From assembly GCA_030588275.1 (NCBI GenBank), contig JAUUYJ010000001.1:1-32006 (forward strand): a DNA stretch of 32,006 bases, written 5' to 3'. Of the stretch, positions 1 to 8,428 are shown piece after piece. A model generated the notes under the pieces. That model ran no database searches, was not told the DNA's origin, and was given only the letters and a program-made list of their open reading frames with translations. This DNA is from Candidatus Zixiibacteriota bacterium. GTDB lineage: Bacteria; Zixibacteria; MSB-5A5; GN15; JAAZOE01. The position numbers were made by a program, and so were the translations under genes. Each line of letters opens with the position of its first letter. The first letter of the stretch is position 1.

Positions 1-155
1 ACCATCCGTTCTCCACTTTCTGCTTTCAACAATAAATCCATCAACCTCTTTAACCGCAATAAAAGAGATCGGTTCGATCCGGTCAATATTTAGCTTGCAA
101 CAATGATCTTTTTTTACCGCTTGACTCAATGAGTTCGATTGCCAAATATTAGATC

Positions 156-1466
156 ATGCTGGGTAAAAGGAAAGCCGCGTTAGCCGCCATAGTTTTTACC
201 ATTTTGGTATTGGCGGCGGTCAACGTTGGGTGGTGGTGGTATTACCGGGCAATTAATATTTATCTCGAAGATCAGATGTCCCTCAGGTTGACTGGAACGG
301 CCGCTTTGGCAAGTTTGGGGATATCAGGTGAAACGGTCGAAAATTTGCTGATCGAGGATATCGATGCCTACGCCGATATGTCTCAATACCTCGATTCGTT
401 GGCCCAAATAGAATCCCTGTCAGAAGCGGCAATCATCGACCGTGATTTTTCCTATCTGGTTTCAACCAGGGCGGAGGTGGAAAACGAAGGGTATCTCCTG
501 TCACAGATAAATTACGACTGGCTCTCGCTGGCTTTGGATGGTCGGGCCAATTCCAGTCGGCTGTATGAACTGGAAGGAACTTTCCTAAAATCTGCTTACG
601 CCCCTTTATATGATAGTACCGGTCAGGTGGCGGCCATTATGGTGGTTGAGGCGGGGGTTTCATACTTTGATATTCTGAGCAGTTTGAAAAAAAATCTGTA
701 CCTACTGGCCGGATGGTCGGCTGGGATTATCGCTCTGCTTTTAATTTTTTATATTATCTATAACCGACGGTTGGCGTTGGCCGAGGCTAAACTTTTTCGG
801 GCCGGATCGCAGGCCGCCTTGGGGCGGATGGTGGCGGTCGTTAGTCACGAGGTAAAAAACCCTCTTATGATTCTCCATGCCGCCGGAGAGCGTTTGGTCA
901 ATCGCTATAAAGATGAGGAAGCACAATTCATTGTCGAAGAGGTCGAGCGGCTCGACCAAATTGTTACCGGTTATCTGTCGTTTGCTCGTGGTGATAGTCT
1001 GGAATCAATCTCTTTCGACAAAGTTGATCTGGCCCAACTGGTGCAAAAAATCGTGATAGAATTTAAGCCTCAATTTGATAAGCAGAAGGCAAAATTGTTG
1101 TGCGACTTGGAAACCGATCAGCTTCCAATAAAGGCGGACCGAACCGGATTGCGCCAAGTGGTTATTAATCTGCTTCTCAACGGTCTGGAAGCGACGGCTG
1201 ACAACGACGCCGATCGCATCGTTAGCATAGCTCTAAAGAGAAATGCGGAAATGGTATCTGTAATCGTATCTGATAATGGGCCGGGCATAAAAAAATCCAA
1301 TCGTGACAAACTGTTTGAGCCTTTTTATACGACTAAGGTACAAGGGTCGGGGTTAGGTTTATACATGTGTCGAAAAATTGTGACGATGCACAATGGGACA
1401 ATTGATGTTGTCAGGAGCGAAGATAGTTTGACCCGTTTTGAAATCTGTTTGCCGGTGGGAGACTGA
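156..1466 (+). CDS. Membrane sensor histidine kinase (two TM helices, periplasmic sensor loop, HisKA + HATPase_c)
   Basis: 436-aa ORF. TM1 is AALAAIVFTILVLAAV and TM2 is LLAGWSAGIIALLLIFYIIY; they flank a ~150-aa loop. H-box SHEVKNPL, N-box NLLLNGLEA, G1 DNGPGI, G2 GSGLGL. The stop lies 1 nt before the response-regulator ATG. Confidence 0.9.
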   Translation: MLGKRKAALAAIVFTILVLAAVNVGWWWYYRAINIYLEDQMSLRLTGTAALASLGISGETVENLLIEDIDAYADMSQYLDSLAQIESLSEAAIIDRDFSYLVSTRAEVENEGYLLSQINYDWLSLALDGRANSSRLYELEGTFLKSAYAPLYDSTGQVAAIMVVEAGVSYFDILSSLKKNLYLLAGWSAGIIALLLIFYIIYNRRLALAEAKLFRAGSQAALGRMVAVVSHEVKNPLMILHAAGERLVNRYKDEEAQFIVEEVERLDQIVTGYLSFARGDSLESISFDKVDLAQLVQKIVIEFKPQFDKQKAKLLCDLETDQLPIKADRTGLRQVVINLLLNGLEATADNDADRIVSIALKRNAEMVSVIVSDNGPGIKKSNRDKLFEPFYTTKVQGSGLGLYMCRKIVTMHNGTIDVVRSEDSLTRFEICLPVGD

Positions 1467-1467
1467 C

Positions 1468-2808
1468 ATGAGTCGCATTCTTATTATTGATGATGAACCG
1501 AAAATGACCAAGCTCATCTCATTGACGTTGGAAGAGGCCGGGTATAATGTCGAGAGCGCCATAAACGGACGAGAGGGGATGGATGCTCTCAAGAAAAATG
1601 AATACGATCTGGTCGTTTCTGATATCAGGCTCCCCGCCCCGGATGGGATGGAGATTCTCGATTGGCTGACAAAAAACCGACCAGATACGATTGTCATTAT
1701 GATGACCGCCTTTGCCGAAGTCAAAATGGCGGTGACGGCGATGAAAATGGGTGCGGCCGATTACCTGATTAAACCGTTCCCTCTGGATGAACTTAAGCTC
1801 CAGATAAGAAAACTGTTGAAGCATCGGCGTACCGAAGAATTAAAAAATATGCGGGAGCAGGATTTTGATGCACTGGCGTACGATAATTTTATTGGAAAAT
1901 CTACCCCGGCCCAGAAATTTATCGAACTGTTGGGAAAAGTGGCGGTGACCGACACGACCGTTTTGATTTCGGGTGAATCGGGATCGGGCAAAGAGTTGGC
2001 GGCCCGGATGGTACATAATAAGTCAGATCGTCAAAGCAAACCGTTTGTCGCTGTCAACTGTGCCGCGCTAACCGAAACGTTATTGGAATCGGAACTGTTC
2101 GGGCATGAAAAAGGGGCTTTTACTGGAGCTATTGCCCGCAAGCCGGGACGGTTTGAACTGGCTGATGGGGGAACTATCTTTCTTGATGAAATTGGAGAAA
2201 TGTCGCCAACACTACAGGCCAAACTGCTTCGAGTTCTGGAAGAAAAGCGGTTACTCCGGGTTGGTGGGGTAGAAAATATCAAAATTGATGTCAGGCTGGT
2301 GACCGCCACCAATCGGAATCTGAAGGAGATGGTCAAGGATGGCCGTTTCAGAGAAGATCTTTATTTCCGAATCAACGTCTTTCCGGTAACCGTGCCCCCA
2401 TTGAGAGAGCGGGTCGAAGATATCCCCCGGTTAGCTCGGTATTTTCTGAAAAAGAAAAACTATCCGCATATTGAGGTTGAGCCGGAAGTGCTGGAATTAT
2501 TAACCAAATATAGTTGGCCGGGAAACATCAGAGAGCTTAAAAACATTCTTGATCGAGCCATGATTTTGGCTGGTGGAGAACCTCTCGATCCCGGAACTGT
2601 TGGAATCGATGATGATGATCTGAATCAGGCCGGTGGCCCCGGTGCGCCTGGCTCAGGATTAGGACAATCGCTTGGAGAAACCGAAAAAAACCAGATTGAG
2701 GCCGCGCTTGAAAAGACCGGTGGGAATAAAACGGAGGCGGCCCGACTCCTCGGGATTACCCGCCGCCGGCTCTATTCCCGGATGAAAATTCACCAAATTG
2801 GGCAATGA
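1468..2808 (+). CDS. Sigma54-dependent response regulator (NtrC/ZraR-type: REC + AAA+ + Fis HTH)
   Basis: Start taken at ATG 1468 (MSRILIIDDE, a canonical receiver start); the track ORF from 1438 overlaps the kinase. Walker A GESGSGKE, sigma54-contact loop GAFTGA, Walker B GGTIFLDEIGE, C-terminal HTH NKTEAARLLGITRRRLYSRM. Confidence 0.93.
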   Translation: MSRILIIDDEPKMTKLISLTLEEAGYNVESAINGREGMDALKKNEYDLVVSDIRLPAPDGMEILDWLTKNRPDTIVIMMTAFAEVKMAVTAMKMGAADYLIKPFPLDELKLQIRKLLKHRRTEELKNMREQDFDALAYDNFIGKSTPAQKFIELLGKVAVTDTTVLISGESGSGKELAARMVHNKSDRQSKPFVAVNCAALTETLLESELFGHEKGAFTGAIARKPGRFELADGGTIFLDEIGEMSPTLQAKLLRVLEEKRLLRVGGVENIKIDVRLVTATNRNLKEMVKDGRFREDLYFRINVFPVTVPPLRERVEDIPRLARYFLKKKNYPHIEVEPEVLELLTKYSWPGNIRELKNILDRAMILAGGEPLDPGTVGIDDDDLNQAGGPGAPGSGLGQSLGETEKNQIEAALEKTGGNKTEAARLLGITRRRLYSRMKIHQIGQ

Positions 2809-2930
2809 TCTGTCCGAAGCCGTACAGATGGCCGCTGAGGTACACCAAAACGGCCTGTCTGCCGTTTGCATATATGTCTTAATGGCTGTTGTAGTAAGCA
2901 GTTATGCCTGCTCGTTGGGTGCCACCTGAA

Positions 2931-2945
2931 TGGCATGGATATTGA
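2931..2945 (+). promoter_or_regulatory. Candidate sigma54 (-24/-12) promoter, TGGCAT-N5-TTGA
   Basis: TGGCAT (2931-2936), 5-nt spacer, TTGA (2942-2945). Spacing matches the consensus TGGCAC-N5-TTGC exactly, but the -12 GC is GA. It lies ~38 nt upstream of ATG 2983 and directly downstream of a sigma54-activator gene. Confidence 0.3.
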
Positions 2946-2982
2946 GGCTATAAGTATCGAGAATATGAAAGGACTATCTGAT

Positions 2983-4023
2983 ATGACAAAAAAAATAACG
3001 ATATTTATAGCTTTCTTCCTGCTGATCGCGGTCAGTTTAACTCAAGCCCAATTGACTGATCGGCAGAGGCGTCTGCAAAACGCTCAGGAAAGAACAACCG
3101 ATATAATCCAGCGGGCGCGGGCTATTGTAGCCGAATCTGGTTCGATCCGAGCCCGTAATTTACTTCAGGCGGCGGTTCGTTTGCACTCCAAATCGGTTGA
3201 ACTGTCCGACCTCAGCATGATTAATTTCATGGAACAGTATATGTTGCAATCAGAAAAGTTGACGTTCAGCGCTCGGGGAAAGGCACAACGCTCGATTGCC
3301 ATTACCCGTCAGGCTCTGGAGAATGAAGATAATGTGCGTCGTCGGCTGGAAGCGGCGACCGAGCGTTTGCGGCGGGCCGAAGAGTCGATCGATTCCCAGT
3401 CGCCTCAGGCGGTTCACCAAATGCTTCAAACGGCTCGACAAAAATTAGAGCGGGCTCGTGAGTTTTATCTCGACCATAGGCTCAAACCGGCCCTTCAGAT
3501 GCTTCTGCAAACGGAACAGACACTCGGTAAGATGAAAGGGCGCCTCGGCGGATTGGCCGATTCGCGCCAACGGTATCAACATCTATTGGAAATGTTTCTC
3601 TCCGCTCAGGAGCGGATTAATTCAATGGAATCTCTGGGGGGAGGGCAGGCGTTAACCGAACGGCTTCAGAATATGGATCGTCTGCTCGAGCAAGCTCAAA
3701 CGCGGGCCGAGCTGGGTGATTATGATGGAGCGGTTAAGCTCCTGCAAAAAGGGGTTGGCCAGATCAAGCGCTTGGCCGAAAGAGCCAAGGCACCTAATCA
3801 GGTAAGGACAGCGCTTGAGCGTACCCGGAGACAAGCTGAGCAGATTTCAGAGCAAGTGGCGGCATCATCAAACCGCCAGGTTCAAAAGATATATTCTGAT
3901 ATTGGAGAATATCTTAATAAGGCTGGTCAATTGGCTGACAGGGAGCAGTTTGATCGGGCGGCGATTCAGATTCAGGCGGCCCATCAACTATTGGTTCGCC
4001 TGACACGAATGTTAGGGGAATAG
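2983..4023 (+). CDS. Secreted all-helical Q/R/E/L-rich protein with N-terminal LTXXQ motif (CpxP/Spy/ZraP-like?)
   Basis: The track ORF starts at 2866. ATG 2983 gives a canonical signal peptide (MTKKITIFIAFFLLIAVSLTQA) and has AAAGGA 9 nt upstream; ATG 2965 is an alternative. The mature N-terminus is QLTDRQRRLQ, with overlapping LTQAQ/LTDRQ motifs. The rest is heptad-like, low-complexity helical sequence. Confidence 0.7.
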   Translation: MTKKITIFIAFFLLIAVSLTQAQLTDRQRRLQNAQERTTDIIQRARAIVAESGSIRARNLLQAAVRLHSKSVELSDLSMINFMEQYMLQSEKLTFSARGKAQRSIAITRQALENEDNVRRRLEAATERLRRAEESIDSQSPQAVHQMLQTARQKLERAREFYLDHRLKPALQMLLQTEQTLGKMKGRLGGLADSRQRYQHLLEMFLSAQERINSMESLGGGQALTERLQNMDRLLEQAQTRAELGDYDGAVKLLQKGVGQIKRLAERAKAPNQVRTALERTRRQAEQISEQVAASSNRQVQKIYSDIGEYLNKAGQLADREQFDRAAIQIQAAHQLLVRLTRMLGE

Positions 4024-4026
4024 TCG

Positions 4027-5436
4027 TTGGTGGTACTGGCTCGAATGGTTCTTGTAGTTTGCCTTTTTTCTCTGGCTTCGTTCGGTTTGGCCGGAATTGC
4101 GGTTGCCCAGGAGGGTGAAGCGGAGGTGGGCCGGTCGGTCTCCAAATTTTCGGTTACGACCGGCGTGGAGTATCAGCTAATATCGCAGGAGTTTTACGAC
4201 GCCTCAATTAGTACTTCCGATACATTATCCTATGATATTCTTGAAACCTGGAATCTATCACAAGATAAAATTGAAGATTTTATTTTTCGTACCAATCTGC
4301 GCTATCGAATCAGAAATTCAAAAACCAGCCTCGACCTGCTAACCAATTTTGAACTCTCCGGTGATCGGCTTTTGGGCCGGGGTGAGGGTTATTATCGAAT
4401 CGGCGACAACTACAATAATATCAGGTTGTATGGGAAGTTTGAAGGGAAAGCGACTCAGGATGATCCTGATGATGCCAATCAGGGGTACAATTTTGTTCAG
4501 GGCTGGCTAAAAGGGACCAGGCGGTTAGCCTCGTCGGTCACGATTTGGGGACGGGTTGGATTTGAGCAGATCGGTTTCGAGGATTTCGCCGAGGTTGTGG
4601 TTGATTCTACAGATAGCAATCTGACAGCTTTGCCGAGTGGATATTATAATTTTGATTATTCGGTTCGGACCGGGCGGGTTGGTGGGAACTTTGCGCTGAC
4701 CGATTTTTCACAGAGGCTTGATTGGCGGGCCGAATATAGCCATCGGCAGGTGCCCGATTCGGTCGAGGCAAATTATGACCAGTATCTGTTTGGGCTTGAT
4801 TACAGCTATTTAGGGATGTCAAATTATATCAGTCTGGAGGCGGAGGGAGCCTTAAAAGATTATCCTCAACCTGGAGGGGGGCGGGATTTCTACTCCTTCA
4901 ACTCTATCTTAAGAGGCAAGAGCGTTCTTAATCCCCGTTTTAATCTGGCAACTACATTACAGATATATTCTTACCGATATAGAATGCCGGACCTGATATA
5001 CAACAATTATTCCTTACTGCGTGGGGAATTGTCTACTCCGATTAATATAATAGGCTGGGAGGCAGGCCCCCTGGTCAGAACTGAGTATCGTGATGAAGCA
5101 GAGGCCGAGAGTTACTCAGAGGAGTACCGACAGTGGGAATTGGGGCTGGTTGCCGACTATTTTAACCTGGGAAGTATTGGAAAGGCTGGGGGTGGGGGAG
5201 GCAGTGGGTCGGTAATCTTTTCCGGGGAAGTAACCTATGGAAAAAGGCATTACATCTTTGGCGGAGATATCCTTTCGTCATATCATTTTATCTCAACTTC
5301 AGTTATGCTTGGTTGCTCAATTTCTGAACACTTGCGGGTCGATTTTCTTTTTGATGGAAGCTTTGAAACTCACGATAAACAGATTGATGATTCTGATCTT
5401 TACCTCCTCTCGATTGGCGTAAGTAGCCGCTTTTAA
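4027..5436 (+). CDS. Predicted outer-membrane beta-barrel protein, family not recognised
   Basis: 469-aa ORF. TTG 4027 is preceded by GGGGA; ATG 4045 is an alternative start. Signal peptide ARMVLVVCLFSLASFGLAGIAVAQE. Abundant alternating aromatic/polar strands rich in Y, R, G, N. Gly-rich loop GKAGGGGGSGS. C-terminal ...SIGVSSRF, the terminal Phe being typical of BAM substrates. Starts 3 nt after the upstream gene. Confidence 0.7.
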   Translation: MVVLARMVLVVCLFSLASFGLAGIAVAQEGEAEVGRSVSKFSVTTGVEYQLISQEFYDASISTSDTLSYDILETWNLSQDKIEDFIFRTNLRYRIRNSKTSLDLLTNFELSGDRLLGRGEGYYRIGDNYNNIRLYGKFEGKATQDDPDDANQGYNFVQGWLKGTRRLASSVTIWGRVGFEQIGFEDFAEVVVDSTDSNLTALPSGYYNFDYSVRTGRVGGNFALTDFSQRLDWRAEYSHRQVPDSVEANYDQYLFGLDYSYLGMSNYISLEAEGALKDYPQPGGGRDFYSFNSILRGKSVLNPRFNLATTLQIYSYRYRMPDLIYNNYSLLRGELSTPINIIGWEAGPLVRTEYRDEAEAESYSEEYRQWELGLVADYFNLGSIGKAGGGGGSGSVIFSGEVTYGKRHYIFGGDILSSYHFISTSVMLGCSISEHLRVDFLFDGSFETHDKQIDDSDLYLLSIGVSSRF

Positions 5437-5738
5437 TCAAGTTGTGCAATTATTGCGCCAAAATAATCCTTGACATTTTGTCACTATGTGTTAGCTTGAA
5501 TTTGTCTAGGGATTAGTTGTGTTTTAACGCACCTTTTCAAGAATCCGACGCACCTTAAAGTAGCTATAAAGTACTTCCAAGTACTTCACTGTTACACATT
5601 TGCTCTTACACCCCTTTTACTGGGATTAACTGACGTTTTGTTCAACAGAGGTTATTCTCTGAAAGGTTCCTTAATTTCACACTGGTGTATATTTATGATT
5701 CTTTACACTATGTTGAACAATCTTAAAGGAGCAATGTA

Positions 5739-8357
5739 ATGAAGCAAAACAAGCTACTTATATTATCTTTGCTGGCCTCGTTTCTGCTTCTGACTATGGT
5801 TTCCTACGTTTCCGCTCAGAACGCCGTAACATTCGGCACTGTCGATGACTGCCCCAAACCTGTGGGTAGCACAGTTGACGTCGTTGTCTTAGTTGAGAAC
5901 GGTGTTGATATCGCAGCGCTTGATATTGTCGGTCAAATAGTTTCTGATGGTAACGTTGATCTTGTAGTCACGGGCATAACTTTTGACGATCGTATGGGCT
6001 TTCCCGAAACCTTAGACCAAAGATTTCCGGTCTCAGATTGCGGTGGAGCTTTCCGTTTTGGTGCCATACAGTTAAATGAGACATATCTTATGGCAGGTAG
6101 CGGCCAAATCGCTACTTTGACATTAGAATATCTTTCTGACTGTGTTCTTGGTACTGCAACAATCGATGAAGCCACTGGTGACCAATGTGGTAATGATGTT
6201 ATTACTACATTTGTTGGTACTGATGCTGTTTCGATTGCGCCGACGGTAAACAGCGGTGCTGTCAATGTCGTAAACGCCGCGCCATGGATAACCAACTGCC
6301 CCGGGGATTTCTCCGAATATTGGGGTACCCCCATTTTGTTGGATATCGATGCCGACGATCCTGATCTTGCATGTGGTTGTGATGCACTTTCCTTCTCCGT
6401 CACCAGTGGTCCTGGTTCCATCAATGTTGATGGTATTTACCAGTACACGCCGCTGGGTGCGGACGTTGGATGCCAACCTATCGAGATCACCGTCACGGAT
6501 TCCTATGGTGGCACCGATGTGTGTTCATTCACCATCAGCGTGCTCAATATGGCTCCGATAGTTGACGAGTGCCCGAGCGAGGTAATCAATATACTTTGGG
6601 GTCAAACCGCAGTGGCTCAAGTCCACGCGTACGATCCCGACTCTGGACCATCTGGTCTTACTTATACGGTAGCCCCCAACGGCCACCCTGGCTCCGGCCA
6701 GGTTAACCCGGGCACCGGAGCTTTCACCTGGGTAACCAGCGAAGAGAACGCCTACATTGGCGACTTCGAATTTACAGTGATCGCTTCTGATGGTGCTAAC
6801 GTGGACGCTTGTAATACCGAAAATGCTGATTCCTGCACTTTCGTGGTCCATGTTGAGCCTAAGTTCCAAGTAACGATCGAAAAGGTTCACGATCAACTTT
6901 TGGGTCATTTCACCAGCGTCTCCATTGACTTGAGCGGTTCTTATACCTCCATGGAAATGGGCGGTTACGATTTCTTAATCGCTTATGACGCTTCGATTTT
7001 GACCTTTGTAGATGCTGAGCCGGGTGCCCTTTTGGACGCCTGTGGCTGGGAATATTTCACTTACAGGTTTGGACCTGACGGAAACTGTGGAGGCGCATGT
7101 CCTTCCGGTATGCTTCGTTTGGTTGCTATGGCCGAAACCAACAATGGTGCCGCCCATCCTTCCTGTTTTGATTCCGATGCTGGTACTCAGCTTGCAGTGT
7201 TGAACTTCTTTGTTACACGCGACCATACGCATTCCTGCTTGTACCAACCGATTAAATGGTACTGGCTTGACTGCGGCGACAACACCATCTCTTCGAAGTT
7301 TGGTGATACGTTGCACATGGTTGACAATGTCTTCAAATATTATGGTGATGATGGTGCTGACACTTGGATTAACGTCACTAATCATGACGGTTTCCCGAGT
7401 TTCACCGGAAACAATGATATTTGCCTTGAAGGCGACAAAGAATATCCGCTGCGTTCGATCGACTTCAAAGAAGGTGGTATCGATATTATATGCGATAGCG
7501 CCATTGATGGACGCGGTGACATCAACGTCAACGGTATCGATTATGAAATCGCTGACGCTGTTATGTTCACCAACTTCTTCATCTCCGGTCTGTCTGCGTT
7601 TGGTGACCATGCCGAAGCTTCCATTGCGGCCTCTGATGCCAACGCTGATGGAGTTACCCTGACGGTTGCTGATCTTGTTTACATGGTCCGCGTCATCCAG
7701 GGCGACGCCCTTGCCTATCCGAAAGAACTGCCGAATCATTACGTCGATGCTTTCGATGTTAAGACTCAGGTTCTGGATAATGTCATGACCGTCAAATATG
7801 ATGCCTCTGTCGAAGTTGGCGGCGTCTATTTGGTCTTTGACATCAATGGTACGGTCGGAGAGCCGACTCTCATCGACGGTGCATCCTCCATGGATGTCAC
7901 GTATAACGTTGATGGTAATGAGTTGCGCATTGTGATCGTCGATCTTTATCAAGCTGATGCTATTCAGGCTGGTGCTCACGACTTGTTGTCCATCCCGGTC
8001 AACGGCTCGCTGACATTGCGTGAAGTCGAAGCGGCTGACTTTAATGGTGCTGCCATGACGTCAACCACTCGCGTTCTTCCGACCAAGTTTGAACTGGCTC
8101 AGAACTATCCCAACCCGTTCAACCCCTCCACTAAGATTATGCTGCGCCTGCCGGTTGCTTCCGATTATTCGGTCGCGATTTATAATATTGCCGGCCAGCT
8201 GATCCGCACTTACTCTGGTAATGCGAGTGCTGGTGATGTTTCTGTTGTGTGGGATGGTAAAGATGCTTCCGGTAGTCAAGTTGCTTCAGGTATGTACTTC
8301 TACAAGGCCAATGCCAGCAGTTTCTCGGCCTCCAAGAAGATGATCCTTATGAAGTAA
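5739..8357 (+). CDS. Secreted multi-module surface protein: signal peptide, cohesin-like, 2 Ig/cadherin-like, cohesin-like, dockerin repeats, beta-sandwich, T9SS C-terminal sorting domain
   Basis: 872 aa. AAGGAG SD at 5726-5731. Signal peptide ends VSYVSA|Q. Cohesin-like segments: VGSTVDVVVLVENGVDIAALDIVGQ and SVSIDLSGSYTSMEMGGYDFLIAYDASILTFV. Dockerin EF-hand pair: DINVNGIDYEIADAVMFTNFF and DANADGVTLTVADLVYMVRVIQGD. CTD: NYPNPFNPSTKIMLRLP...AIYNIAGQLIRT...WDGKDASGSQVASGMYFYKA...KKMILMK. Confidence 0.9.
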   Translation: MKQNKLLILSLLASFLLLTMVSYVSAQNAVTFGTVDDCPKPVGSTVDVVVLVENGVDIAALDIVGQIVSDGNVDLVVTGITFDDRMGFPETLDQRFPVSDCGGAFRFGAIQLNETYLMAGSGQIATLTLEYLSDCVLGTATIDEATGDQCGNDVITTFVGTDAVSIAPTVNSGAVNVVNAAPWITNCPGDFSEYWGTPILLDIDADDPDLACGCDALSFSVTSGPGSINVDGIYQYTPLGADVGCQPIEITVTDSYGGTDVCSFTISVLNMAPIVDECPSEVINILWGQTAVAQVHAYDPDSGPSGLTYTVAPNGHPGSGQVNPGTGAFTWVTSEENAYIGDFEFTVIASDGANVDACNTENADSCTFVVHVEPKFQVTIEKVHDQLLGHFTSVSIDLSGSYTSMEMGGYDFLIAYDASILTFVDAEPGALLDACGWEYFTYRFGPDGNCGGACPSGMLRLVAMAETNNGAAHPSCFDSDAGTQLAVLNFFVTRDHTHSCLYQPIKWYWLDCGDNTISSKFGDTLHMVDNVFKYYGDDGADTWINVTNHDGFPSFTGNNDICLEGDKEYPLRSIDFKEGGIDIICDSAIDGRGDINVNGIDYEIADAVMFTNFFISGLSAFGDHAEASIAASDANADGVTLTVADLVYMVRVIQGDALAYPKELPNHYVDAFDVKTQVLDNVMTVKYDASVEVGGVYLVFDINGTVGEPTLIDGASSMDVTYNVDGNELRIVIVDLYQADAIQAGAHDLLSIPVNGSLTLREVEAADFNGAAMTSTTRVLPTKFELAQNYPNPFNPSTKIMLRLPVASDYSVAIYNIAGQLIRTYSGNASAGDVSVVWDGKDASGSQVASGMYFYKANASSFSASKKMILMK

Positions 8358-8396
8358 TTTTGTTTACCTGATTCACAACTAATTTTGTGAGTTACG

Positions 8397-8428
8397 CCCC
8401 GTTCCCTCTTGAGGGAGCGGGGTTTTTT
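8397..8428 (+). terminator. Rho-independent terminator of the T9SS cargo gene
   Basis: CCCCGTTCCCTC (8397-8408) pairs with GAGGGAGCGGGG (8411-8422), including one G-U pair. It is followed by T6 (8423-8428) and lies 40 nt after the stop. Confidence 0.85.

Noticed and set aside
71-84. GGTTCGATCC, a tRNA T-loop-like word
   Set aside because: The flanks cannot form a 5-bp T-stem, acceptor stem or anticodon arm, so there is no tRNA.
1-129. Partial ORFs at the left edge: + frame open from 1 to TAG 91-93 (…FNRNKRDRFDPVNI*), and a minus-strand frame open from a TTG at 129 to the window edge
   Set aside because: Both frames are open, both are short, and neither has a recognisable motif. I cannot tell which is real, if either, so neither is called.
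2866-2982. N-terminal extension of the LTXXQ protein ORF (MHICLNGCCSKQLCLL...)
   Set aside because: The extension is Cys-rich and would bury the signal peptide. It also contains the sigma54-like element. ATG 2983 gives a canonical signal peptide with an upstream AAAGGA.
5470-5475. Perfect TTGACA in the cargo-gene leader
   Set aside because: At 16-18 nt downstream the hexamers are poor -10 matches (AGCTTG and similar), so no sigma70 promoter was called from it.
6975-7979. 334-aa antisense ORF inside the T9SS cargo gene, plus many similar shadow ORFs (e.g. 5933-6424, 11484-11918, 15401-15862, 24145-24570)
   Set aside because: They lie fully within strongly supported genes on the opposite strand or in another frame. 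Their low-complexity composition has no motifs, so they are typical shadow ORFs.
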